This document shows, one piece after another, positions 1 to 7,719 of a stretch of DNA of 14,455 nt; within the stretch, counting starts at the first letter, position 1, and every line of letters begins with the position of its first letter. Position numbers and translations under genes: made by a program. Source of the DNA: a virus (taxonomy: Duplodnaviria > Heunggongvirae > Uroviricota > Caudoviricetes); the IMG/VR virus record IMGVR_UViG_2537561689_000014. The stretch is one strand, 5' to 3'. Below the pieces are notes generated by a model. The model was not told the DNA's origin. It ran no database searches and saw nothing but the letters and a program-made list of their open reading frames with translations.

Positions 1-1284
1 TTACTTCTTCGCCTCTGCAACCACTTTACTACCCACGCCGCGGTTATTGTATTCCCACATGCGGTTGTAGTTAGTGTCATTCAGATTGCGCTGTATTTCG
101 TCGTTATCATCTACGCTGCCGGTATTACCCGCAAACGGACGATTAGAGATCACCGCATCGGCCCACGGTTTAGCCGTGTTAAAACCTTCGTTGATGGCGC
201 TATCACGGATCACCACCTGACCGTTGGTATTGGCATCAACATCCAGCGAGCGGCCCAGTTGCGCCACACCATCACCGAAAGCATTGAAACGGCTGTTTAC
301 GGCGAGGAAACCGTAGTAAATGTTGGACAGCGTAGCCGGTGCAAACACATACGCTTCTTGCTGAGTACGTGAGTTCACCACGCGGAATTCGGTGTTATCG
401 AACACCACTGCGCCGCGACCAGAAACGATATCCACATCCCCTTCAATGTAGCTGTTGGTCACCAGCGTACGCGGCTGACGGTTGGTTTCCAGACGGTTCT
501 GCACACCGCTGTTGGTGACAAAGAAGGTGTTCTGACGACCGAGAATGTTAACGTTGTTAATCTGTACCTGGTCACCATCAGTACGCAGTGCCACCGCCGG
601 ATGGTTACCTGCATCTACGCTATCGCCCAGCGTGTTTTCGATGGTCAGATTTTGCAGTTGCAGGCCATTGTTTTGTGACCAGAAGACCGCAGAGCAGAGA
701 ACACCGATACTGTCGCTGCGTTTGCTCTGGCAGCTATCGTACATATACCACGCTGGTTTACCTGGCATATATTTGCCGCGCGGGTTGACGTCGTGACGCC
801 AGTCGGCAGGGCTCATGCCACCATCAAGGGAAAGCCCAATCTTCACATCAATCGGTTTTTCACCTGTACCGTACAGAGTAATTCCACCCGGAGCGGCAGG
901 GACATATACCGTTCCCTGATACTCACCAGGCATCACGGCAATATACTGGCGCTTGTTGGTACGCTTGATAATTGCCGCATCTACCGCCGCCTGAATCGTG
1001 GTATGCGTTACACCTTGAGTGCCCGCCGGGCCGACAACAAAGTCAGGTTGCGCAGGCAGGGTAATCGGGGAAGGATTCCACGCTGCAGCACCTGGTGTCA
1101 GGGATGCAAAATAGTGTTGAGCATCGAAATTCTGCGCTTCTTTTGCCGACAGAATCGGGCGAGAAGAGGTACCAGGCGCGGTTTGATCAGAAGGACGTTG
1201 ATCGGGCGGGGTTGAGCTACAGGCGGTCAGCGTCACGCCAAAAGCCAATGCCAGCGCCAGACGGGAAACTGAAAATGTGTTCAC
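1..1284 (-). CDS. ybhC: YbhC-like pectinesterase-family lipoprotein (putative acyl-CoA thioesterase); host gene flanking attB-lambda
   Basis: Complete 427-aa ORF with stop at 1-3 and start at 1284. N-terminus MNTFSVSRLALALAFGVTLTACSS has a lipoprotein signal peptide with lipobox LTAC. Lies immediately beside the lambda att core, as ybhC does in E. coli. Confidence 0.85.
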   Translation of the reverse strand: MNTFSVSRLALALAFGVTLTACSSTPPDQRPSDQTAPGTSSRPILSAKEAQNFDAQHYFASLTPGAAAWNPSPITLPAQPDFVVGPAGTQGVTHTTIQAAVDAAIIKRTNKRQYIAVMPGEYQGTVYVPAAPGGITLYGTGEKPIDVKIGLSLDGGMSPADWRHDVNPRGKYMPGKPAWYMYDSCQSKRSDSIGVLCSAVFWSQNNGLQLQNLTIENTLGDSVDAGNHPAVALRTDGDQVQINNVNILGRQNTFFVTNSGVQNRLETNRQPRTLVTNSYIEGDVDIVSGRGAVVFDNTEFRVVNSRTQQEAYVFAPATLSNIYYGFLAVNSRFNAFGDGVAQLGRSLDVDANTNGQVVIRDSAINEGFNTAKPWADAVISNRPFAGNTGSVDDNDEIQRNLNDTNYNRMWEYNNRGVGSKVVAEAKK

Positions 1285-1330
1285 AGGTTGCTCCGGGCTA
1301 TGAAATAGAAAAATGAATCCGTTGAAGCCT

Positions 1331-1418
1331 GCTTTTTTATACTAAGTTGGCATTATAAAAAAGCATTGCTTATCAATTTGTTGCAACGAACAGGTCACTA
1401 TCAGTCAAAATAAAATCA
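1331..1418. other. attL (BOP') of a lambda-type integration site: 15-bp core 1331-1345, phage P' arm 1346-1418
   Basis: Exact lambda core GCTTTTTTATACTAA at 1331-1345. Host-type sequence lies to the left (gaagcctgc). To the right is the lambda P' arm with repeated CAGTCAAAAT-type Int arm sites (tcactatcagtcaaaataaaatcattatttgatttc), running straight into the int 3' end. Confidence 0.9.
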
Positions 1419-2489
1419 TTATTTGATTTCAATTTTGTCCCACTCCCTGCCTCTGTCATCACGATACTGTGATGCCATGGTGTCCGACTTATGCCCGAGA
1501 AGATGTTGAGCAAACTTATCGCTTATCTGCTTCTCATAGAGTCTTGCAGACAAACTGCGCAACTCGTGAAAGGTAGGCGGATCCCCTTCGAAGGAAAGAC
1601 CTGATGCTTTTCGTGCGCGCATAAAATACCTTGATACTGTGCCGGATGAAAGCGGTTCGCGACGAGTAGATGCAATTATGGTTTCTCCGCCAAGAATCTC
1701 TTTGCATTTATCAAGTGTTTCCTTCATTGATATTCCGAGAGCATCAACATGCAATGCTGTTGGGATGGCAATTTTTACGCCTGTTTTGCTTTGCTCGACA
1801 TAAAGATATCCATCTACGATATCAGACCACTTCATTTCGCATAAATCACCAACTCGTTGCCCGGTAACAACAGCCAGTTCCATTGCAAGTCTGAGCCAAC
1901 ATGGTGATGATTCTGCTGCTTGATAAATTTTCAGGTATTCGTCAGCCGTAAGTCTTGATCTCCTTACCTCTGATTTTGCTGCGCGAGTGGCAGCGACAGG
2001 GTTTGTTGTTATATGGCCTTCAGCTATTGCCTCTCGGAATGCATCGCTCAGTGTTGATCTGATTAACTTGGCTGACGCCGCCTTGCCCTCGTCTATGTAT
2101 CCATTGAGCATTGCCGCAATTTCTTTTGTGGTGATGTCTTCAAGTGGAGCATCAGGCAGACCCCTCCTTATTGCTTTAATTTTGCTCATGTAATTTATGA
2201 GTGTCTTCTGCTTGATTCCTCTGCTGGCCAGGATTTTTTCGTAGCGATCAAGCCATGAATGTAACGTAACGGAATTATCACTGTTGATTCTCGCTGTCAG
2301 AGGCTTGTGTTTGTGTCCTGAAAATAACTCAATGTTGGCCTGTATAGCTTCAGTGATTGCGATTCGCCTGTCTCGGCCTAATCCAAACTCTTTACCCGTC
2401 CTTGGGTCCCTGTAGCAGTAATATCCATTGTTTCTTATATAAAGGTTAGGGGGTAAATCCCGGCGCTCATGACTTCGCCTTCTTCCCAT
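1419..2489 (-). CDS. int: Lambda-type integrase (tyrosine recombinase)
   Basis: 356-aa ORF MGRRRSHERRDLPPNLYIRNNGYYCYRDPRTGKEF... ending ...RDDRGREWDKIEIK, recognised as phage lambda Int. Adjacent to attL and overlaps the xis 3' end. Confidence 0.97.
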   Translation of the reverse strand: MGRRRSHERRDLPPNLYIRNNGYYCYRDPRTGKEFGLGRDRRIAITEAIQANIELFSGHKHKPLTARINSDNSVTLHSWLDRYEKILASRGIKQKTLINYMSKIKAIRRGLPDAPLEDITTKEIAAMLNGYIDEGKAASAKLIRSTLSDAFREAIAEGHITTNPVAATRAAKSEVRRSRLTADEYLKIYQAAESSPCWLRLAMELAVVTGQRVGDLCEMKWSDIVDGYLYVEQSKTGVKIAIPTALHVDALGISMKETLDKCKEILGGETIIASTRREPLSSGTVSRYFMRARKASGLSFEGDPPTFHELRSLSARLYEKQISDKFAQHLLGHKSDTMASQYRDDRGREWDKIEIK

Positions 2490-2685
2490 TTCTGATCCTC
2501 TTCAAAAGGCTACCTGTTACTGGTCGATTTAAGTCAACCTTTACCGCTGATTCGTGGAACAGATATTCTCTTCCATCCTTAACCGGAGGAGGGAATATCC
2601 TGCATTCGCGCACCCATCGACGAACTGTTTCAAGGCTTCTTGGGCGTCGCTGGCGAGCGTTCCACTCCTGAAGTGTCAAGTACAT
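2467..2685 (-). CDS. xis: Excisionase
   Basis: 72-aa ORF MYLTLQEWNARQRRPRSLETVRRWVRECRIFPPPVKDGREYLFHESAVKVDLNRPVTGSLLKRIRNGKKAKS, recognised as lambda Xis. Overlaps the int start by 23 nt, as in lambda. Confidence 0.95.
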   Translation of the reverse strand: MYLTLQEWNARQRRPRSLETVRRWVRECRIFPPPVKDGREYLFHESAVKVDLNRPVTGSLLKRIRNGKKAKS

Positions 2686-2724
2686 CGCAAAGTCTCCGCA
2701 ATTACACGCAAGAAAAAACCGCCA

Positions 2725-2892
2725 TCAGGCGGCTTGGTGTTCTTTCAGTTCTTCAATTCGAATATTGGTTACGTCTGCATGTGCTATCTGCGCCCACAGC
2801 ATCCAGTGGTCATAGCAGTCGCTGATGTTCTCGGCTTCGATAACTCTGTTGAATGGTTCTCCATTCCATTCACCTGTGACTCGGAAGTGCAT
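2725..2892 (-). CDS. Hypothetical 55-aa protein (lambda orf55-like, immediately upstream of xis)
   Basis: Below the 60-aa cut-off of the ORF track; translated by hand as MHFRVTGEWNGEPFNRVIEAENISDCYDHWMLWAQIAHADVTNIRIEELKEHQAA. GGAG Shine-Dalgarno 8 nt upstream. Same size and position relative to xis as the small ORF I recall in lambda. Confidence 0.6.
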   Translation of the reverse strand: MHFRVTGEWNGEPFNRVIEAENISDCYDHWMLWAQIAHADVTNIRIEELKEHQAA

Positions 2893-2929
2893 TTATCATC
2901 TCCATAAAACAAAACCCGCCGTAGCGAGT

Positions 2930-2962
2930 TCAGATAAAAGAAATCCTCGTCAGTGCGAGGAT
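2930..2962 (-). terminator. Possible intrinsic terminator on the minus strand
   Basis: 7-bp inverted repeat ATCCTCG/CGAGGAT (2943-2962, loop tcagtg) followed on the minus strand by TTCTTTTAT. Confidence 0.3.
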
Positions 2963-3134
2963 GCTGTTCATTGCTGCTATACACTTTTTTGCTCTCAACG
3001 TAAGCGGTAGCCCATTCTGTTGGGTTGGTGCAGTTGCTTTTAGGAAATGCTATTTACCCCTTAAATGTCGGCTGAAAGAGCTAAAATCCATGCAAAAAAT
3101 TTACGCAATTTTGTGTATTATTGTGCAGTAAGTA

Positions 3135-3737
3135 ATGAGCTATTTTCTGCGCAAAAAATGGATGGTAAATTTGTCCGGGTCAGGAAAAATTTTATGGGCG
3201 CTAAACATGAAAAAAGATTCGTATCCTTATTTGATTTGCATGACAGTTTCAGGGCTGATCTTTATTTTCCTTTTCTTCTGGTGGCGGGCAGATATCTACA
3301 GGGTCACGTTTCTTAATCAGAGTATATCCCACTATTACATTCTGTTTAGCATGGGAATAGCTTTTCTGTTATCTCTGTTTTGGGTTAAGAAGGGGATAGT
3401 AAAACAAAGCGGCTGGAAGAGTCTGTCAGCATACCTTAAGGTTTATGCAGGGATGTGCATATTTGCTGGATTTTTTCTGATTATACCCCTTACGACACTA
3501 ACTTATTTTTTGCCTGGAGAGACATCGTCTTATGTTGCACCGTATCGGTATACTTCCGGTAGTTCAAAAAGTTGTTCTGGAGCTGAGGTGGATGACCCCG
3601 ATCTACATGAGAATATTCGCATTTGCTATCCGTATGGCAATTATGAGTACGATAATATTATCTATGTTGAAAAGAAAATTAATATATTAGGTGCGGTAGT
3701 GACATATGCACAGACCGCGCGTGATGATACTGAATGA
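3135..3737 (+). CDS. Hypothetical integral membrane protein: three predicted transmembrane helices plus a C-terminal domain of about 75 aa with two Cys; AT-rich accessory gene
   Basis: 200-aa ORF on the strand opposite the phage early-left genes. Hydrophobic segments YLICMTVSGLIFIFLFFWW, YYILFSMGIAFLLSLFWV and VYAGMCIFAGFFLIIPLTTLTYFL. Start is ambiguous: ATG at 3135, 3162 or 3207, none with a strong Shine-Dalgarno. Visibly AT-rich compared with flanking phage genes. Confidence 0.6.
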   Translation: MSYFLRKKWMVNLSGSGKILWALNMKKDSYPYLICMTVSGLIFIFLFFWWRADIYRVTFLNQSISHYYILFSMGIAFLLSLFWVKKGIVKQSGWKSLSAYLKVYAGMCIFAGFFLIIPLTTLTYFLPGETSSYVAPYRYTSGSSKSCSGAEVDDPDLHENIRICYPYGNYEYDNIIYVEKKINILGAVVTYAQTARDDTE

Positions 3738-3771
3738 TATAGTATATAGCGGGCAAGTTTTAGTTAATTTA

Positions 3772-3809
3772 TCGAGGTAATATAATTTACCTCGACTCGT
3801 TTGTTCTGG
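3772..3809 (+). terminator. Putative intrinsic terminator downstream of the membrane-protein gene
   Basis: Perfect 9-bp inverted repeat TCGAGGTAA / TTACCTCGA (loop tataat) at 3772-3795, followed by the T-rich ctcgtttgttctgg. Sits 35 nt after the stop codon at 3735-3737. Confidence 0.4.
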
Positions 3810-3947
3810 TATTAATATTTCGCTTTACGACCGATTTTTATCTGATGATATCATGCGGTTTTCATATACTGACTTACTGTCTTTTCTCCGTTAGCGATTT
3901 TCTCCTGCTCAGCGATGATTTTATCTTTGGCTTCTAGTTAATTTCGC

Positions 3948-4169
3948 TCACTTCGAACCTCTCTGTTTACTGATAAGCTCCAGATCTTGCTGGCAACTGG
4001 CACAAGTCCGACAACCCTGAACGGCCAGTCGTCTTCGTTCATCTATCGGATCGCCACACTCACAACAATGAGTGGCAGATATAGCCTGGTGGTTCAGGCG
4101 GCGCATTTTTATTGCTGTGTTGCGCTGTAATTCTTCAATTTCTGATGCTGAATCAATTATGTCTGCCAT
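3948..4169 (-). CDS. TraR/DksA-family C4 zinc-finger protein
   Basis: 73-aa ORF MADIIDSASEIEELQRNTAIKMRRLNHQAISATHCCECGDPIDERRRLAVQGCRTCASCQQDLELISKQRGSK with paired CxxC motifs (CCEC ... CRTC) near the C-terminus, typical of phage TraR-like proteins. Confidence 0.8.
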   Translation of the reverse strand: MADIIDSASEIEELQRNTAIKMRRLNHQAISATHCCECGDPIDERRRLAVQGCRTCASCQQDLELISKQRGSK

Positions 4170-4221
4170 CTTTCATTAATCCCTGAATTGTTGGTTAATA
4201 CGCTTGAGGGTGAATGCGAAT

Positions 4222-4246
4222 AATAAAAAAGGAGCCTGTAGCTCCC
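4222..4246 (-). terminator. Intrinsic terminator on the minus strand between the 71-aa orf and the TraR-like gene
   Basis: Hairpin GGAGC-ctgta-GCTCC at 4231-4245; on the minus strand it is followed by a T6 tract (plus-strand aaaaaa at 4225-4230). Confidence 0.5.
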
Positions 4247-4267
4247 TGATGATTTTGCTTTTCATGT

Positions 4268-4483
4268 TCACCGTTCCTTAAAGACGCCGTTCAACATGCC
4301 GATCGCCAGGCTTAAATGAGTCGGTGTGAATCCCATCAGCGTTACCGTTTCGCGGTGCTTCTTTAGTACGCTACGGCAAATGTCATCGACGTTTTTATCC
4401 GGAAACTGCTGTCTGGCTTTTTTGATTTCAGAATTAGCCTGACGGGCAATGCTGCGAAGGGCGTTTTCTTGCTGAGGTGTCAT
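4268..4483 (-). CDS. Hypothetical small phage protein (position of lambda orf61)
   Basis: ORF-track frame 4268-4549. The likely start is the internal Met at 4483, giving the 71-aa MTPQQENALRSIARQANSEIKKARQQFPDKNVDDICRSVLKKHRETVTLMGFTPTHLSLAIGMLNGVFKER; the upstream ATG at 4549 has no Shine-Dalgarno. Confidence 0.55.
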   Translation of the reverse strand: MTPQQENALRSIARQANSEIKKARQQFPDKNVDDICRSVLKKHRETVTLMGFTPTHLSLAIGMLNGVFKER

Positions 4484-4559
4484 TGAACAAGCCCCATGTC
4501 GGCAAGCATAAGCACACAGAATATGAAGCCCGCTGCCAGAAAAATGCATTCAGTGGTTG

Positions 4560-4751
4560 TCATACCTGGTCTCTCTCATCTGCTTCTGCTTTCGCCACCA
4601 TCATTTCCAGCTTTTGTGAAAGGGATGCGGCTAACGTATGAAATTCTTCGTCTGTTTCTACTGGTATTGGCACAAACCTGACTCCAATTTGAGCGAGGCT
4701 ATGTGCCATCTCGATACTCGTTCTTAACTCAACGGGAGATGCTTTGTGCAT
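4560..4751 (-). CDS. Lambda orf63-like small protein
   Basis: 63-aa [66 protein letters not shown]. Length and 28-nt overlap with the next orf match the orf63/orf60a arrangement upstream of exo in lambda as I recall it. Confidence 0.65.
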   Translation of the reverse strand: MHKASPVELRTSIEMAHSLAQIGVRFVPIPVETDEEFHTLAASLSQKLEMMVAKAEADERDQV

Positions 4752-4906
4752 ACAGCTCCCCGTTTATTATTTATCTCCTCAGCCAGCCGCTGTGCTTTCA
4801 GGGGATTTCTGATAACAGAAAGGCCGGGAAATACCCAGCCTCGCTTTGTAACGGAGTAGACGAAAGTGATCGCACCTACCCGGATATTATCGTGAGGATG
4901 CTTCAT
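4724..4906 (-). CDS. Lambda orf60a-like small protein
   Basis: 60-aa ORF from the third codon of the track ORF ([19 protein letters not shown]...). Its start overlaps the exo stop by 4 nt. Confidence 0.6.
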   Translation of the reverse strand: MKHPHDNIRVGAITFVYSVTKRGWVFPGLSVIRNPLKAQRLAEEINNKRGAVCTKHLPLS

Positions 4907-5583
4907 CGCCATTGCTCCCCAAATACAAAACCAATTTCAGCCAGTGCCTCGTCCATTTTTTCGATGAACTCCGGCACCATCTCGTCAAAACTCGCCATGT
5001 ACTTTTCATCCCGCTCAACCACGACATAATGCAGGCCTTCACGCTTCATACGCGGGTCATAGTTGGCAAAGTACCAGGCATCTTTTCGCGTCACCCACAT
5101 GCTGTACTGCACCTGGGCCATGTAAGCCGACTTTATGGCCTCGAAACCACCGAGCCGGAACTTCATGAAATCCCGGGAGGTAAACGGGCATTTCAGCTCA
5201 AGGCCATTGCCGTCACTGCATAAACCATCGGGAGAGCAGGCGGTACGCATACTTTCGTCGCGATAGATGATCGGGGATTCAGTAACATTCACGCCGGAAG
5301 TGAATTCAAACAGAGTTCTGGCGTCGTTCTCGTACTGTTTTCCCCATGCCAGCGCCTTAGCATTAACTTCCGGAGCCACACCGGTGCAAACCTCAGCCAG
5401 CAGGGTGTGGAAGTAGGACATTTTCATGTCAGGCCACTTTTTTCCGGAGCGGGGTTTTGCTATCACATTGTGAACTTCTGAAGCGGTGATGACGCCGAGC
5501 CGTAATTTGTGCCACGCATCATCCCCCTGTTCGACAGCTCTCACGTCGATTCCGGTACGCTGCAGGATAATGTCCGGTGTCAT
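4903..5583 (-). CDS. exo: Lambda exonuclease (Red alpha)
   Basis: 226-aa [46 protein letters not shown]..., recognised as lambda Exo. Translationally coupled to bet (overlap at 5580-5583). Confidence 0.97.
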   Translation of the reverse strand: MTPDIILQRTGIDVRAVEQGDDAWHKLRLGVITASEVHNVIAKPRSGKKWPDMKMSYFHTLLAEVCTGVAPEVNAKALAWGKQYENDARTLFEFTSGVNVTESPIIYRDESMRTACSPDGLCSDGNGLELKCPFTSRDFMKFRLGGFEAIKSAYMAQVQYSMWVTRKDAWYFANYDPRMKREGLHYVVVERDEKYMASFDEMVPEFIEKMDEALAEIGFVFGEQWR

Positions 5584-6365
5584 GCAGCCACCTTCTGCTC
5601 AGTGGCTTTCTGTTTCAGGAATCCAAGAGCTTTCACTGCTTCGGCCTGTGTCAGTTCTGACGATGCGCGAATGTCGCGGCGAAATATCTGGGAACAGAGC
5701 GGCAATAAGTCGTCATCCCATGTTTTATCCAGGGCAATCAGCAGAGTGTTAATCTCCTGCATGGTTTCATCGTTAACCGGAGTGATGTCGCGTTCCGGCT
5801 GACGTTCTGCAGTGTATGCGGTATTTTCGACAATGCGCTCGGCTTCATCCTTGTCATAGATACCCGCAAATCCGAAGGCGAGACGGGCACACTGAATCAT
5901 GGCTTTATGCCGTAACATCCGTTTGGGATGCGACTGCCACGGTCCGGTGATTTCTCTGCCTTCGCGGGTTTTGAATGGTTCGCGGCGGCATTCATCCATC
6001 CACTCGGTAACGCAGATCGGATGATTGCGGTCCTTGCGGTAAATCCGGCATGTGCAGGATTCATTGTCCTGCTCAAAGTCCATGCCATCAAACTGCTGGT
6101 TTTCATTGATGATACGGGACCAGCCATCAACGCCCACCACCGGAACGATGCCGTTCTGCTTGTCAGGGAAGGCGTAAATTTCTTTCGTCCACGGATTAAG
6201 GCCGTACTGGTTGGCGACGATCAGCAATGCGATGAACTGCGCATCGCTGGCATCACCTTTAAATGCCGTCTGGCGAAGAGTGGTGATCAGTTCCTGTGGG
6301 TCGACAGAATCCATGCCGACGCGTTCAGCCAGCTTCCCAGCCAGCGTTGCGAGTGCTGTACTCAT
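5580..6365 (-). CDS. bet: Red beta single-strand annealing protein
   Basis: 261-aa [69 protein letters not shown]..., recognised as lambda Beta. Confidence 0.97.
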   Translation of the reverse strand: MSTALATLAGKLAERVGMDSVDPQELITTLRQTAFKGDASDAQFIALLIVANQYGLNPWTKEIYAFPDKQNGIVPVVGVDGWSRIINENQQFDGMDFEQDNESCTCRIYRKDRNHPICVTEWMDECRREPFKTREGREITGPWQSHPKRMLRHKAMIQCARLAFGFAGIYDKDEAERIVENTAYTAERQPERDITPVNDETMQEINTLLIALDKTWDDDLLPLCSQIFRRDIRASSELTQAEAVKALGFLKQKATEQKVAA

Positions 6366-6370
6366 CCGTT

Positions 6371-6787
6371 TTATACCTCTGAATCAATATCAACCTGGTG
6401 GTGAGCAATGGTTTCAACCATGTACCGGATGTGTTCTGCCATGCGCTCCTGAAACTCAACATCGTCATCAAACGCACGGGTAATGGCTTTTTTGCTGGCC
6501 CCGTGGCGTTGTAAATGATCGATGCAGAGTGATTCAAACAGGTGCTGGGGCAGACCTTTTTCCATGTCGTCTGCCAGTTCTGCCTCTTTCTCTTCACGGG
6601 CGATCTGCTGGTAGTGACGCGTCCAGCTCTGAGCCTCAAGACGATCCTGAATGTAATAAGCGTTCATGGCTGAACTCCTGAAATAGCTGTGAAAATATCG
6701 CCCGCGAAATGCCGGGCTGATTAGGAAAACAGGAAAGGGGGTTAGTGAATGCTTTTGCTTGATCTCAGTTTCAGTATTAATATCCAT
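6371..6787 (-). CDS. gam: Gam, RecBCD nuclease inhibitor
   Basis: 138-aa [58 protein letters not shown]..., recognised as lambda Gam. Confidence 0.95.
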   Translation of the reverse strand: MDINTETEIKQKHSLTPFPVFLISPAFRGRYFHSYFRSSAMNAYYIQDRLEAQSWTRHYQQIAREEKEAELADDMEKGLPQHLFESLCIDHLQRHGASKKAITRAFDDDVEFQERMAEHIRYMVETIAHHQVDIDSEV

Positions 6788-6885
6788 TTTTTATAAGCGT
6801 CGACGGCCTCACGAAACATCTTTTCATCGCCAATAAAAGTGGCGATAGTGAATTTAGTCTGGATAGCCATAAGTGTTTGATCCAT
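6742..6885 (-). CDS. kil: Kil (host cell-division inhibitor)
   Basis: 47-aa [50 protein letters not shown], the C-terminal part of the 89-aa track ORF. Overlaps the gam start, as in lambda. Confidence 0.8.
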   Translation of the reverse strand: MDQTLMAIQTKFTIATFIGDEKMFREAVDAYKKWILILKLRSSKSIH

Positions 6886-7018
6886 TTTTTGGGACTCCTG
6901 GCTGATTAAGTATGTCGATAAGGCGTTTCCATCCGTCACGTAATTTACGGGTGATTCGTTCAAGTAAAGATTCGGAAGGGCAGCCAGCAACAGGCCACCC
7001 TGCAATGGCATATTGCAT
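6854..7018 (-). CDS. cIII: CIII (FtsH inhibitor that stabilises CII-type activators)
   Basis: Translated by hand, since it is below the track cut-off: [54 protein letters not shown] (54 aa), recognised as lambda CIII. Start ATG at 7018, stop at 6854-6856. Confidence 0.85.
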   Translation of the reverse strand: MQYAIAGWPVAGCPSESLLERITRKLRDGWKRLIDILNQPGVPKNGSNTYGYPD

Positions 7019-7090
7019 GGTGTGCTCCTTATTTATACATAACGAAAAACGCCTCGAGTGAAGCGTTATTGGTATGCGGTAACGCCGCGC

Positions 7091-7459
7091 TCAGGCGGCT
7101 TTGATAGTCATATCATCTGAATCAAATATTCCTGATGTATCGATATCGGTAATTCTTATTCCTTCGCTACCATCCATTGGAGGCCATCCTTCCTGACCAT
7201 TTCCATCATTCCAGTCGAACTCACACACAACACCATATGCATTTAAGTCGCTTGAAATTGCTATAAGCAGAGCATGTTGCGCCAGCATGATTAATACAGC
7301 ATTTAATACAGAGCCGTGTTTATTGAGTCGGTATTCAGAGTCTGACCAGAAATTATTAATCTGGTGAAGTTTTTCCTCTGTCATTACGTCATGGTCGATT
7401 TCAATTTCTATTGATGCTTTCCAGTCGTAATCAATGATATATTTTTTGATGTTTGACAT
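7091..7459 (-). CDS. ea10: Ea10 (lambda early protein)
   Basis: 122-aa ORF MSNIKKYIIDYDWKASIEIEIDHDVMTEEKLHQINNFWSDSEYRLNKHGSVLNAVLIMLAQH..., recognised as lambda Ea10. Confidence 0.85.
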   Translation of the reverse strand: MSNIKKYIIDYDWKASIEIEIDHDVMTEEKLHQINNFWSDSEYRLNKHGSVLNAVLIMLAQHALLIAISSDLNAYGVVCEFDWNDGNGQEGWPPMDGSEGIRITDIDTSGIFDSDDMTIKAA

Positions 7460-7479
7460 CTATTCATATCCTCACAGAT

Positions 7480-7505
7480 AAAAAATCGCCCTCACATTGG
7501 AGGGC
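7480..7505 (-). terminator. Intrinsic terminator on the minus strand upstream of ea10 (tL2-like position)
   Basis: Hairpin GCCCTC-acattg-GAGGGC at 7488-7505; on the minus strand it is followed by ATTTTTT. Confidence 0.45.
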
Positions 7506-7719
7506 AAAGAAGATTTCCAATAATCAGAACAAGTCGGCTCCTGTTTAGTTACGAGCGACATTGCTCAGTGTATTCACTCGTTGGAATGAATACACAGTGC
7601 AGTGTTTATTAGTATGCCTGTCTTTTAACCACATCAGGCTCGGTGGTTCTCGTGTACCCCTACAGCGAGAAATCGGATAAACTCTATTCACCCCTACAGA
7701 GAGCAAAAGAGAAACGCCG

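Noticed and set aside
545-1316. Four plus-strand ORFs of 66-140 aa (545-796, 588-788, 793-1215, 1095-1316)
   Set aside because: All lie antisense within the well-supported ybhC gene; the translations are Arg/Cys-rich and low-complexity, with no start context. Treated as shadow ORFs.
1670-2193. Plus-strand ORFs 1670-1867 and 1987-2193
   Set aside because: Antisense to int, which is confidently identified; no ribosome-binding sites.
2554-3010. ORFs 2554-2907 (+), 2640-2825 (+), 2784-2984 (-), 2825-3010 (+)
   Set aside because: They overlap xis and the 55-aa orf in other frames or antisense; the in-frame 55-aa gene with a GGAG Shine-Dalgarno explains the region better.
3065-3316. 83-aa plus-strand ORF overlapping the 5' end of the membrane-protein gene
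   Set aside because: Out of frame with the 200-aa ORF, which has clear transmembrane character; the 83-aa translation has none and has no Shine-Dalgarno.
4496-6639. ORFs antisense to or out of frame with the small orfs, exo, bet and gam (4496-4681, 4703-5029, 4912-5223, 5486-5752, 5509-5802, 5897-6130, 5928-6404, 6211-6483, 6325-6639)
   Set aside because: Each lies inside a confidently recognised lambda Red or Gam gene on the opposite strand or in an alternate frame.
6742-7011. 89-aa reading of the kil frame with a 42-residue N-terminal extension
   Set aside because: The extension overlaps cIII in another frame; the recognisable Kil sequence starts at the internal Met (6885). The longer ORF is a frame artefact.
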